From assembly GCA_963828255.1 (NCBI GenBank), contig CAWHDZ010000024.1:1-26096 (forward strand): a DNA stretch of 26,096 bases. The letters run 5' to 3'. The translations under genes were made by a program, and so were the position numbers. The first letter of the stretch is position 1. Each line of letters begins with the position of its first letter. This document shows positions 17,111 to 26,096 of this stretch, piece after piece. Below the pieces are notes generated by a model. The model made no database searches, was not told the origin of the DNA, and worked only from the letters and a program-made list of their open reading frames with translations. Origin of the DNA: an uncultured delta proteobacterium. GTDB lineage: Bacteria; Myxococcota; Myxococcia; Myxococcales; Anaeromyxobacteraceae.

Positions 17111-18256
17111 ATGGACTTCGAGCTCGACGACGCACACCTCCAGATCCAGCGGATGGTCCGCGACTTCTGCGAAGAGGAGGTGAAGCCGCGCGCCCGCGGG
17201 TGGGACGAGACCGGTGAGTTCCCCTTCGCGACGGTGAAGAAGCTCGGCGAGCTCGGCCTCATGGGGGTCACCGTCCCCGAGGAGCTCGGCGGCGCCGGGC
17301 TCGACATGATGGCGCTGGCCGTGGTGATCGAGGAGATCGCCCGCCACGACGGGTCGCTGGCGCTCACGGTGGCGAGCCACAACGGCCTGGGCTCCAGCCA
17401 GATCCGCTACTTTGGAAGCGACGAGCAGAAGCAGCGCTGGATCCCGCCGCTGGCCCGCGGGGAGAAGCTCGCGGCCTGGGGGCTCACCGAGCCCGGCTCC
17501 GGCTCCGACGCCGCCGGGCTCCTGACCACGGCGGTCCGCCGCGGCGACCACTGGGTGCTGAACGGCGCCAAGATGTTCATCACCCAGGGATCGGTGGGCG
17601 ACACCTTCGTCGTCCTGGCCCGGACCTCGCCGGAGAAGGCGCAGAAGGGGATCACCGCCTTCGTGCTCGAGAAGGGGATGAAGGGCTTCAGCCAGCGCGC
17701 CATCCACGGCAAGCTGGGCATGCGCAGCTCCGACACGGCCGAGCTCCACATGGAGGACGTCGAGGTTCCCGACGGGAACCGCGTCGGCGCCGTGGACCAC
17801 GGCTTCCTCGACACCCTCTCCATCCTCGACCGGGGGCGCATCACCATCGGCGCGCTGGCCGTCGGCCTGGGGCGCGGGGCGCTGGAGGAGGCCCGGGCAT
17901 ACGCCAAGGAGCGCAAGGCCTTCGGCAAGCCCATCGCAGAGTTCCAGGCCATCGCCTTCGCGCTGGCCGACATGGCCACCGAGGTGGACGCGGCCCGGCT
18001 GCTGGTGCTGCGCTCGGCGGCGCTCTGCGACGCGAAGAAGCCGTTTGGACGCGAGGCCTCCATGGGCAAGCTCTTCTCCAGCGAGGCGGCCATGCGCGCC
18101 ACCACCAAGGCCATCCAGATCCTGGGCGGCTACGGCTACACGCGCGACTTCCCCGTGGAGCGCTACTTCCGGGACGCCAAGCTCTGCGAGATCGGGGAGG
18201 GGACGAGCGAGATCCAGCGGCTCGTCATCGCCCGGTCCATCCTGAAGGACGCGTGA
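17111..18256 (+). CDS. Short/branched-chain acyl-CoA dehydrogenase
   Basis: [46 protein letters not shown]. Confidence 0.93.
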   Translation: MDFELDDAHLQIQRMVRDFCEEEVKPRARGWDETGEFPFATVKKLGELGLMGVTVPEELGGAGLDMMALAVVIEEIARHDGSLALTVASHNGLGSSQIRYFGSDEQKQRWIPPLARGEKLAAWGLTEPGSGSDAAGLLTTAVRRGDHWVLNGAKMFITQGSVGDTFVVLARTSPEKAQKGITAFVLEKGMKGFSQRAIHGKLGMRSSDTAELHMEDVEVPDGNRVGAVDHGFLDTLSILDRGRITIGALAVGLGRGALEEARAYAKERKAFGKPIAEFQAIAFALADMATEVDAARLLVLRSAALCDAKKPFGREASMGKLFSSEAAMRATTKAIQILGGYGYTRDFPVERYFRDAKLCEIGEGTSEIQRLVIARSILKDA

Positions 18257-19278
18257 GCGAAAGGGCTCCCAGCACCGTGGAACGCGTGCGGTCCGGCGAG
18301 GTCCGGGCCGCCGCGCGCCTGATGCGCAACCTCGACGACGGGATCCCCGGCGCCCGGGCCATCCTGCGGGAGCTCTTCCTCAAGCCCGGACACGCCATCG
18401 TGCAGGGGATCACCGGGCCGCCCGGGGCGGGGAAGTCCTCCCTCACCGACCGGCTCGTCGCCTACCACCGCAAGGCCGGGCGCACGGTGGGGGTGGTGGC
18501 CGTGGACCCCACCAGCCCTTTCACTGGCGGTGCAATCCTGGGCGACCGGGTGCGCATGCAGGACCACGCCCTCGACCCGGGTGTCTTCATCCGCTCGCTG
18601 GCCACCCGCGGCCACCTCGGCGGACTCTCGCGCGCCACCTCCGACGTGGTCACCGTGCTCGACGCCATGGGCAAGGACGTCATCCTGGTGGAGACGGTGG
18701 GCGTGGGGCAGGACGAGGTCGAGATCGCCGAGCTGGCCCACAGCGTGGTGGTGGTCTCCATCCCGGGCATGGGGGACGAGGTCCAGGCCATCAAGGCCGG
18801 CGTCCTGGAGATCGCCGACGTCTTCGCCGTCAACAAGGCCGACCGCGAGGGGGCCGACCGCACGGTCAAGGACCTCCAGATGATGCTCGACCTCCGGCGG
18901 AGCACCGCCACCCGGGGGGGGCTGGACCACGACTCGGTCCACCGCATGACCCGGACCGGCGCCGAGGACCCGCACGATGCCGGATGGTGGGAGCCGCCCA
19001 TCGTGAAGACCGTCGCAACCCGCGACCAGGGAATCGCCGAGCTGGCCGAGGCGATCGAGAGCCACCGCGTCCACCTCGACCGGTCGGGGGAGCGGCAGCT
19101 CCGCGAGGTGTCCCGGGCCCGGGCCACCTTCCTCACCATCCTGCGGGACCGGCTCATGCAGGGAGCCCTCTCGCGCCTGGCCGAGGAGGTCGGGCACCTC
19201 GACCAGCTTGCCGCCCGCATCGCCTCCCGCAGCGCCGACCCGTACGAGCTGGCCGACGACCTGGCCAGGAGGCTCTAG
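18253..19278 (+). CDS. meaB: Mutase-associated GTPase chaperone MeaB
   Basis: [38 protein letters not shown]. Confidence 0.93.
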   Translation: MSERAPSTVERVRSGEVRAAARLMRNLDDGIPGARAILRELFLKPGHAIVQGITGPPGAGKSSLTDRLVAYHRKAGRTVGVVAVDPTSPFTGGAILGDRVRMQDHALDPGVFIRSLATRGHLGGLSRATSDVVTVLDAMGKDVILVETVGVGQDEVEIAELAHSVVVVSIPGMGDEVQAIKAGVLEIADVFAVNKADREGADRTVKDLQMMLDLRRSTATRGGLDHDSVHRMTRTGAEDPHDAGWWEPPIVKTVATRDQGIAELAEAIESHRVHLDRSGERQLREVSRARATFLTILRDRLMQGALSRLAEEVGHLDQLAARIASRSADPYELADDLARRL

Positions 19279-20246
19279 TGCCCCCTGAACTCTCCGTGGA
19301 GGACCGGGAACGGGTGGCGCGGCTCGCCGAGCGGGTGCGCGCGCCGCTGGCCGACCGGGCCACCGCGCTCGTGGCCGTCACCCACAAGTCGTGGGTGAAC
19401 GAGCACCGGGGCGAGGGCGCCGAGGACAACGAACGGCTCGAGTTCCTGGGCGACGCGGTCATCGACCTGCTCGTCTCCGAGTACCTCATGTCCCACTTCC
19501 CGCAGGCCCGCGAGGGGGACCTCTCGAAGCTCCGGGCCGCGGTGGTGGACGAGCCCGGGCTCGCAGCCATGGGGCGCGCGCTGCAGCTCGGGGAGCTGCT
19601 CCGGCTCGGCCGGGGCGAGGAACTCACCGGGGGGCGCGAGAAGGCCTCTGTGGTCGCCGACGCGATGGAGGCGGTGATCGCGGCGGTCTTCCTCGACGGC
19701 GGGCTCGCCGCGGTCCATCGGCTCATCGACCCGTTCCTCGAGGAGGTCTACGCCCGGGCGGCCAGCGGCGCGCTCGACCGCGACTTCAAGACCCAGCTCC
19801 AGGAGCAGGCCCAGGCCCGCTTCCGGTCATCCCCGCGCTACCGCATCGTCGCCGAGGTCGGTCCGGACCACTCCAAGACCTTCGAGATCGAGGTGGAGCT
19901 CCGTGGCGAGGTGCTCGGCCGGGGGTCGGGACGCTCCAAGAAGGATGCCGAGCAGGGTGCGGCCCGGGTGGCGGTCGAGGCGCTCGCCGCGAGGCCGCTG
20001 GACACGGAGGTCGCCGCGCCCGCACCGGCGGTCGAGCCGGTTCCCGCGCCAGTTCCCGAGCCGGTTCCCGAGCCGGTTCCCGAGCCGGCGGCGGCCGTCG
20101 AGGCGGCGCCCGCGCCGAGGAGCAGGGCGCGCAAGACCTCGAAGGCCGCGAAGGCCAAGCCCGGCCGCCATTCCGCGGCCGGACCGACCCGGAAGGCCAA
20201 GGCCGGCCGATCGAGGAAGATTGCGGCCGGGCCGCCGGCTGACTAG
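19278..20246 (+). CDS. rnc: Ribonuclease III with long C-terminal extension
   Basis: THKSW, NERLEFLGDAV, ADAMEAVIAA, dsRBD (DFKTQLQE...GPDH...SKKDAEQ); AGGAGG RBS; GTG overlaps the meaB stop. Confidence 0.95.
   Translation: MPPELSVEDRERVARLAERVRAPLADRATALVAVTHKSWVNEHRGEGAEDNERLEFLGDAVIDLLVSEYLMSHFPQAREGDLSKLRAAVVDEPGLAAMGRALQLGELLRLGRGEELTGGREKASVVADAMEAVIAAVFLDGGLAAVHRLIDPFLEEVYARAASGALDRDFKTQLQEQAQARFRSSPRYRIVAEVGPDHSKTFEIEVELRGEVLGRGSGRSKKDAEQGAARVAVEALAARPLDTEVAAPAPAVEPVPAPVPEPVPEPVPEPAAAVEAAPAPRSRARKTSKAAKAKPGRHSAAGPTRKAKAGRSRKIAAGPPAD
20034..20088 (+). repeat. 12-bp tandem repeat GAGCCGGTTCCC (about 4.5 copies) encoding EPVP
   Basis: Copies at 20034, 20046 (variant), 20058, 20070 and partial 20082. 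Confidence 0.9.
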
Positions 20247-20256
20247 CATCCCCCGC

Positions 20257-20913
20257 ATGACCAAGCTCGCCCTTGCCGCCGCGCTGGCGCTGGCCGCCGC
20301 GCCCGCCGCCGCAGAAGACGTGTACGCAACCTTCGACACCTCCATGGGAAAGATCGGCGTGAAGCTGCTACCCGGGGAGGCCCCCAAGGCCGTGAGGAAC
20401 TTCGTGGAGCTCGTCGAGGGGAAGAAGGAGTGGACCGACCCCAAGACCGGCCAGAAGGTGAAGACCCCCCTCTACGACGGCACCCTGTTTCACCGGGTCA
20501 TCCCCGGCTTCATGATCCAGGGCGGTGACCCGCTCACCCAGGGCGCCCAGGTCGGTACGACCTCCACGTCCCAGGGGCGCCCGTTCGGCACCGGGAGCCC
20601 GGGCTACAAGTTCGAGGACGAGCTGCCGAAGCCCCCCGCCAAGACCTTCGAGAAGCCCTGCGTCCTCGCCATGGCCAACTCCGGCGCGGACACCAACGGC
20701 TCGCAGTTCTTCATCACCGAGGGGTACGGCGGCACGGTCTCCCAGCTCGAGCCGCGCGCCTGCCCGGATGCGAAGGGCGGGGTCTGCGGCTACACCCGCT
20801 TCGGCCAGGGCATCTGCGGGTGCGAGCTCGTCGGGCAGATCGCCCGCGCGGGGAACTCCAAGGTCAAGATCAACAAGGTCGTCATCTCCAAGACCCCCCC
20901 CTCGTGCAAGTAG
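20257..20913 (+). CDS. Exported cyclophilin-type peptidyl-prolyl isomerase
   Basis: Signal peptide; FHRVIPGFMIQGGD, LAMAN, NGSQFFIT; six Cys. Confidence 0.9.
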   Translation: MTKLALAAALALAAAPAAAEDVYATFDTSMGKIGVKLLPGEAPKAVRNFVELVEGKKEWTDPKTGQKVKTPLYDGTLFHRVIPGFMIQGGDPLTQGAQVGTTSTSQGRPFGTGSPGYKFEDELPKPPAKTFEKPCVLAMANSGADTNGSQFFITEGYGGTVSQLEPRACPDAKGGVCGYTRFGQGICGCELVGQIARAGNSKVKINKVVISKTPPSCK

Positions 20914-20924
20914 GAGCAACCACC

Positions 20925-21431
20925 ATGGCCGAGCCCATCCACGCCACCTTCCAGACCTCCGCCGGCGACATCGTCGTCAAGCTCCTTCCCGAGAAGGCCC
21001 CCAAGACGGTGGAGAACTTCCTCGGCCTGGCCGAGGGCACCCGTGAGTGGACCGATCCCCGCAGCGGCCAGAAGGTGAAGACCCCGCTCTACGACGGCAC
21101 CGTCTTCCACCGGGTCATCCCCGACTTCATGATCCAGGGGGGGGATCCGCTCGGCACCGGCACCGGGGGGCCCGGCTACAAGTTCGGCGACGAGATCGGT
21201 CCCGACAACAAGTTCGACCGGGCCGGGCTGCTGGCCATGGCGAACGCCGGCCCCAACACCAACGGCTCGCAGTTCTTCATCACCGAGGTTCCCACCCCGC
21301 ACCTGAACCGGGGGCACACCATCTTCGGCGAGGTCGTCAAGGGAGGGGATCTCATCCCCAAGATCGCCCGCATGGGAAACGCCAAGGTCAAGCTCGTGAA
21401 GATCGTCGTGACCCGCGGCCCGGTGGGCTAG
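20925..21431 (+). CDS. Cytoplasmic cyclophilin-type peptidyl-prolyl isomerase
   Basis: AGGAG RBS; FHRVIPDFMIQGGD, MANAGPNTNGSQFFIT, HTIFG. Confidence 0.95.
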   Translation: MAEPIHATFQTSAGDIVVKLLPEKAPKTVENFLGLAEGTREWTDPRSGQKVKTPLYDGTVFHRVIPDFMIQGGDPLGTGTGGPGYKFGDEIGPDNKFDRAGLLAMANAGPNTNGSQFFITEVPTPHLNRGHTIFGEVVKGGDLIPKIARMGNAKVKLVKIVVTRGPVG

Positions 21432-22363
21432 TGGACGACAAGGGGCCGTTCCGCGCCGGCTTCGTCGCCATCCTCGGACGCCCCAACGTCGGGAAGTCGA
21501 CGCTCCTCAACCAGCTGCTGGGGGAGCACGTGGCCATCGTCACGGCGCGTCCCCAGACCACCCGCACCCGCATCCTCGGCGTGGTGAACGGGGAGGGCTA
21601 CCAGCTGGCGCTCTTCGACACCCCGGGCATCCACAAGGCCAAGGGGCCGCTCAACAAGCGCATGGTGGAGACCGCGCTCTCGACGCTCTCCGAGGTGGAC
21701 GTGGCGCTGGTCCTGGTGGAGGCCGCTGCCGGGGCGGGCGGCAAGGTCGAGGTGGGCGAGACCATGCAGTGGATCGCCGCGGAGCTGAGGCGCAGGCGCA
21801 AGCCGGCCGTGCTCGGCGTGAACAAGATGGACCGGGTGCCGCGGGAGACCCTGCTCCCGGTCATCGAGGCCTACCGTTCCCTCTACGACTGGGCGGAGGT
21901 GGTCCCCTTCTCGGCGCTCACCGGCGAGAACGTGGACCGGCTCGGGCCCGCGCTGGCCCGCCACCTGCCGGCCTCCGACGCGCCCCTCTTCCCGCCCGAC
22001 GTCCTGACCGACCAGGCCGAGCGCGCCATCGTGGCCGAGTACGTCCGCGAGCAGGTGATGCAGCAGACCCGCGACGAGCTCCCCTACGCAGCCGCCGTCG
22101 AGGTCGAGGAGTTCGACGAGTCGGAGCGGCGGGACGACGGGGGGCTCATCCGCATCGGCGCGGTGGTATGGGTGGAGCGCGAGTCGCAGAAGGCCATCGT
22201 CATCGGCAAGGGAGGCTCGATGCTGAAGCGCGTCGGGACCCGTGCGCGAGAGAGGATGGAGCGGCTGCTCGGCGCCAAGGTCTTCCTTCGTCTCACGGTG
22301 AAGGTCGAGGAACGCTGGTCGGAGCGGCTCGAGGCGCTGCGCCGCCTGGGGATCGCGCCGTGA
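21431..22363 (+). CDS. era: GTPase Era
   Basis: GRPNVGKSTL, PQTTR, DTPG, NKMD, KH domain VIGKGG; GTG overlaps previous stop. Confidence 0.96.
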   Translation: MDDKGPFRAGFVAILGRPNVGKSTLLNQLLGEHVAIVTARPQTTRTRILGVVNGEGYQLALFDTPGIHKAKGPLNKRMVETALSTLSEVDVALVLVEAAAGAGGKVEVGETMQWIAAELRRRRKPAVLGVNKMDRVPRETLLPVIEAYRSLYDWAEVVPFSALTGENVDRLGPALARHLPASDAPLFPPDVLTDQAERAIVAEYVREQVMQQTRDELPYAAAVEVEEFDESERRDDGGLIRIGAVVWVERESQKAIVIGKGGSMLKRVGTRARERMERLLGAKVFLRLTVKVEERWSERLEALRRLGIAP

Positions 22364-23823
22364 CCGCGCTTCGGCCGCTCATCGCCTTCGTGGGGCGTCC
22401 CAACGTGGGGAAGTCCACGCTCTTCAACCGGATCGTGGGGAGGCGCGCCTCCATCGTGCAGGACGAGCCCGGCGTCACCCGGGACCGGAACTACGGCGAC
22501 TTCACCTGGGAGCACCGGCTCCTCTCCGGCGTGGACACGGGCGGCTTCGATCCCGTCTCCCCCGCCCGCAAGGACGAGTCGCCCGACCGGACGCTCATGC
22601 GCAGCGTGCAGGAGCAGGCCCGGCTCGCCGTGGACGAGGCCTCCGCGGTGGTGCTGGTGGTGGACGGGCGCGAGGGTCCCACCGCGGTGGACCGCGCCAT
22701 CGCCGACCTGCTTCGCCCCTCCCGGAAGCTGCTCTTCGTCGCCGTGAACAAGATGGACACCGCCGGCACCGAGGGGGAGTCGCCGCTGGCCGAGTTCTAC
22801 GAGCTGGGCTTCGGGGAGATCCACCCGGTATCGGCGGAGCACGGCCGCGGCGTCGGCGAGCTGATGGACGCGATCCTGGCCGGGCTGGCCGCCAGCGGAA
22901 CGCCGGCGCCGGAGGCGCATGAGGACGACGAGGAGGCCGGGGAGGGCGAGGACGGGGAGGAGGAGCAGGCTCCCCCCGAGGAGGAGCCCCGGGAGATCCG
23001 GCTGGCCATCGTGGGGCGCCCCAACGTGGGCAAGAGCACGCTGGTGAACGCCATCCTGCGGGAGGATCGCTTCGTGGTCTCGGAGGTCGCCGGGACCACC
23101 CGCGACAGCATCGACGCGACGCTCGAGCACGAGGGGCAGCGCTTCGTCATCACCGACACCGCCGGGATCCGGCGCAAGCGCTCCATCGCCCAGCAGGTCG
23201 AGCGCTATTCGGTCATCCGGGCCATGCGCTCCATGGACGACGCCGACGTGGTGGCGCTGATCCTCGACGCCCAGGAGGCCGGCGCGGACCAGGACGCGCG
23301 CCTGGCCGGGATGGTGATCGAGAAGGGGCGGGCGCTCGTCATCGTGGTGAACAAGTGGGACATCGCCCAGGGCGCCGGCGCCACCCAGCGCTGGTACAAG
23401 GAGGAACTGGCCAAGCGGCTTCCCTTCGTCTCCTGGGCGCCCGTCCTCTTCGTGTCGGCGGCGGAGGGGAAGGGCGTGACGGCGCTCCTCCGGGAGGCCA
23501 CCAGGCTGGCCAAGCAGTTCCGCACCCGTCTCCCCACCCCCAAGCTGAACGAGCTCCTCGAGACGATCCAGGAGGCCCACCCGGCGCCCCTCTCCCACGG
23601 ACACCCGGTCAAGCTCTTCTACGTCAGCATGGTCACGACGGCGCCGCCCACCCTGGTGATGCAGGCGAGCCGCCCGGAGACCATCCCGGACCACTACAAG
23701 CGCTTCGTGGAGAACCGCTTCCGCGAGGCGTTCGGCCTGCGGGTTCCCCTGCGGTTCGTCTACCGGGAACGGTCCCGGCGCGACCGTCCACGAAGGTCGA
23801 AACCCGGCCGCCGCGGCTCTTGA
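22360..23823 (+). CDS. der: Ribosome biogenesis GTPase Der (EngA)
   Basis: Two GRPNVGKST G-domains with acidic linker, PGVTRD, GTTRD, DTAG, NKWD. Confidence 0.96.
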   Translation: MTALRPLIAFVGRPNVGKSTLFNRIVGRRASIVQDEPGVTRDRNYGDFTWEHRLLSGVDTGGFDPVSPARKDESPDRTLMRSVQEQARLAVDEASAVVLVVDGREGPTAVDRAIADLLRPSRKLLFVAVNKMDTAGTEGESPLAEFYELGFGEIHPVSAEHGRGVGELMDAILAGLAASGTPAPEAHEDDEEAGEGEDGEEEQAPPEEEPREIRLAIVGRPNVGKSTLVNAILREDRFVVSEVAGTTRDSIDATLEHEGQRFVITDTAGIRRKRSIAQQVERYSVIRAMRSMDDADVVALILDAQEAGADQDARLAGMVIEKGRALVIVVNKWDIAQGAGATQRWYKEELAKRLPFVSWAPVLFVSAAEGKGVTALLREATRLAKQFRTRLPTPKLNELLETIQEAHPAPLSHGHPVKLFYVSMVTTAPPTLVMQASRPETIPDHYKRFVENRFREAFGLRVPLRFVYRERSRRDRPRRSKPGRRGS

Positions 23824-23883
23824 CGCCCATCGCCCCCCCGCCTAGATTGTGCCGACTTTTCGCAGGATTGACGAAAGAGGGCC

Positions 23884-24615
23884 ATGTCGAAACACGACCA
23901 TGAGCTGACCCGCAAGGACATGAAGGCCCCGGACGCCTTCCAGAGCGCCGCCGGGAAGGCGGCCGCCTGGATCACCGGGAAGCAGAAGGGCATCGTGGCC
24001 GGAGTCCTCGGCGCGCTGGCCGTCGTGGCCATCGTCCTCGGAGTGATGGGCTGGATGGACTCCCGGAAGAGCACCGCAGGGGCGCTCCTCTACCGCACCC
24101 TCGACGACGCCGACGGGCAGATCTCCAGCGTCCCGCTCCCCGGCGTGAGCGTGCCCATCTTCGCGAGCGCCGAGGCGCAGTACCGGGCCGTCCTGGGCCG
24201 GGCCGACGAGCTGCGCAAGACCTACCCGTCCACCGAGGCGGCCCACACCGCCGCCCTGGCCGCCGCGGCGGCGAACCTCCGCCTGGCCGCCTGGGACGCC
24301 GCCATCGCCGACTACGAGGCCTACCTGGCCAAGGCGCAGCCCAAGGACTCGCTCTCCTTCCTCGCCGTCGAGGGCATCGGCCGCGCCAAGGAGTCGAAGG
24401 GCGACCTGGCCGGCGCGCTGGCCGCCTTCGAGAAGCTCCAGCAGACCCCGGCGCGGGCCGACCGCGCCGCGCTGGAGCGAGCCCGGCTGCTCACCAAGAG
24501 CGGCAAGCCCGACGAGGCCAGGAAGCTCCTCCAGGCCTTCCCGCAGGATTTCAAGGAATCGCAGCTCCGGCCCGAGGCAGACGCGCAGCTGGCCGCCCTG
24601 GGCGGGACCCGCTAG
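23884..24615 (+). CDS. YfgM-like membrane-anchored TPR protein
   Basis: Single N-terminal TM helix followed by TPR-like helices; adjacent to der and a bamB-like gene. Confidence 0.75.
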   Translation: MSKHDHELTRKDMKAPDAFQSAAGKAAAWITGKQKGIVAGVLGALAVVAIVLGVMGWMDSRKSTAGALLYRTLDDADGQISSVPLPGVSVPIFASAEAQYRAVLGRADELRKTYPSTEAAHTAALAAAAANLRLAAWDAAIADYEAYLAKAQPKDSLSFLAVEGIGRAKESKGDLAGALAAFEKLQQTPARADRAALERARLLTKSGKPDEARKLLQAFPQDFKESQLRPEADAQLAALGGTR

Positions 24616-24618
24616 CAC

Positions 24619-25704
24619 ATGCACGCCATCACCGCCGCAGCGATCATCGCGCTGGCGGTGGCGGCGCCGCCGCCGCCGCCGATCCCCACCGACGGCCTCT
24701 TCTCGGTGGCCTGGCGCAAGACCCTCGTCCAGCCCTTCCTCCTCGAGTACAAGCCCTACGAGCCGGCCGGCCCCGGTGTCGATCCCCTGACCGGGATGGT
24801 CGTGGTCGCCACCCGTGACGGTTTCGTCCAGGCCTACTCCTCCGAGGGCAAGGAGCTCTGGTACGCGCGGCTCGTCGGTCCGTTCCTCGGGACGCCGACG
24901 GTGGGCGACGGGCTCGCCATCATCGCCGGCCTCGACGGGAGGGTCTTCGCCTTCGACGCCGCCCGCGGAGAGTTCCGCTGGATGTATCGCGGCCGGGAGG
25001 AGTTCGGAAGCCAGCCGGTGGTCTCGGGAGACCTCGTCTACTTCGCCACGCTGGAGGGCACCGTCCTCGCCCTCGACGCCCAGACCGGCGCCTGGATGTG
25101 GCATTTCCGGCGGGAGCCGTCGGGCAAGTTCATCATCCTGGGCGTGGGGCGTCCCTCCGTCGTGGACGGGGTGCTCTACCAGGGGTTCGCCGACGGAACG
25201 GTGGTGGCCCTCGACGCCAGGACGGGCGCCGTGAAGTGGGACCGGACGGTCGGACGCGGAGCCTTCCCGGACATCGTCGCCACGGTGCAGGTGTCGAAGG
25301 ACCGGGTCTTCGTCGTCAGCTACGGCGGCCAGGTGGCGGCGCTCGACCGAAAGAACGGCACGCCGATCTGGGAGTCGCGGGCGCCGGACGCCTACAGGGC
25401 CCTGCTCGACGGTGATCTCCTGGTGGTGATCACCCCCCGCGACGTCATCGGCTTCGACGCCCGGACGGGCAGCCAGCGCTGGACCATCGCCCACGAGGGA
25501 GCGCCCATGGCCGACCCGGCCATCACGAGGGGGCTCATCATCGCCCCCGTCGGATATGGGCTCCTGCTCCTCGACCGCAAGACCGGCCGCAAGGTGCGCT
25601 TCATCACCCGCGGTTCCGGGGCGACCGGAACCCCGGCCATCCTGGGGAAGCGGGTCTATCTGCTCTCCAACGCCGGCGAGCTCGTCGCCGCCGACCTGAA
25701 GTAG
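24619..25704 (+). CDS. PQQ-like beta-propeller protein, BamB-like
   Basis: Repeated A(L/F)DAxTGxxxW blades; signal peptide without an obvious lipobox Cys. Confidence 0.85.
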   Translation: MHAITAAAIIALAVAAPPPPPIPTDGLFSVAWRKTLVQPFLLEYKPYEPAGPGVDPLTGMVVVATRDGFVQAYSSEGKELWYARLVGPFLGTPTVGDGLAIIAGLDGRVFAFDAARGEFRWMYRGREEFGSQPVVSGDLVYFATLEGTVLALDAQTGAWMWHFRREPSGKFIILGVGRPSVVDGVLYQGFADGTVVALDARTGAVKWDRTVGRGAFPDIVATVQVSKDRVFVVSYGGQVAALDRKNGTPIWESRAPDAYRALLDGDLLVVITPRDVIGFDARTGSQRWTIAHEGAPMADPAITRGLIIAPVGYGLLLLDRKTGRKVRFITRGSGATGTPAILGKRVYLLSNAGELVAADLK

Positions 25705-25710
25705 GGCGCG

Positions 25711-26096
25711 GTGAAGCGGGTCCGGGTGGTCGCGGCGGTGGTCCGGCGGAACGGCTGCATCCTCGTCACGCGCCGCCATGGCCACGCCGAGCGCGGCGGG
25801 CAGTGGGAGTTCCCCGGGGGCAAGGTCGAGCCCGGCGAGGGTGAGCCCGAGGCCCTGGTGCGCGAGATCCGGGAGGAGCTCGACTGCGCGGTCTCGGTGG
25901 GGGAGCTGCTCGCGCGCACGACCCACCGCTACCCGGACCTGGAGGTCGAGCTGGCGTTCTTCGCCTGCGCGCTGGTTCCCGGGAGCGAGCCGCGTCTCGT
26001 GGGCGCCGCCGCCATGGAATGGGCCGAGCCCGGCCGCCTCGCCACCTACGACTTCTGCGAGGCCGACCGGCCCGTGCTCCCCGTGCTCCTGGGCGC
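25711..26096 (+). CDS. MutT/NudG-like NUDIX hydrolase (3' partial)
   Basis: Not in ORF track; GTG 25711 reads MKRVRVVAAVV...WEFPGGKVEPGEGEPEALVREIREEL (Nudix box); no stop before window end. Confidence 0.9.
   Translation, partial: MKRVRVVAAVVRRNGCILVTRRHGHAERGGQWEFPGGKVEPGEGEPEALVREIREELDCAVSVGELLARTTHRYPDLEVELAFFACALVPGSEPRLVGAAAMEWAEPGRLATYDFCEADRPVLPVLLG

Noticed and set aside
20034..20088. CGGTTCCC shared between the rnc repeat and the element iterons
   Set aside because: The rnc copies encode EPVP and lack the flanking AT of the iteron; probably coincidental.

Overview
GC-rich window, probably from an Anaeromyxobacter-like Myxococcota genome (inferred from composition and gene order). 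It has two parts. (1) About 1-9125 is the right-hand portion of an integrated phage-satellite (PICI-like) element, all on the + strand; its left end and integrase are outside the window. It carries an excisionase-like HTH gene, an AEP primase/AAA_25 helicase gene followed by a 9-copy GGAACCGAT iteron origin, several small Cys-rich ORFs including a tandem paralog pair, a lambda-cos-like site and a Nu1-type small terminase. A 57-aa zinc-ribbon ORF sits where the large terminase would be and ends in a GpA-N-terminus-like helix. A lone, +1-frameshifted gpT-type capsid gene follows, with no portal, protease, large terminase or tail genes. After it comes about 450 nt of non-coding DNA that folds by eye into multibranch RNA structures. 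(2) 9161-26096 is intact host DNA: a beta-barrel protein, a PAP2 phosphatase, an isobutyryl-CoA-mutase-type B12 mutase (large and small subunits plus MeaB) interleaved with leucine/isovalerate-catabolism-like genes, then rnc, two cyclophilins, era, der, YfgM-like, BamB-like and a partial NUDIX gene. All calls come from motif reading and manual base pairing; no database searches were run.
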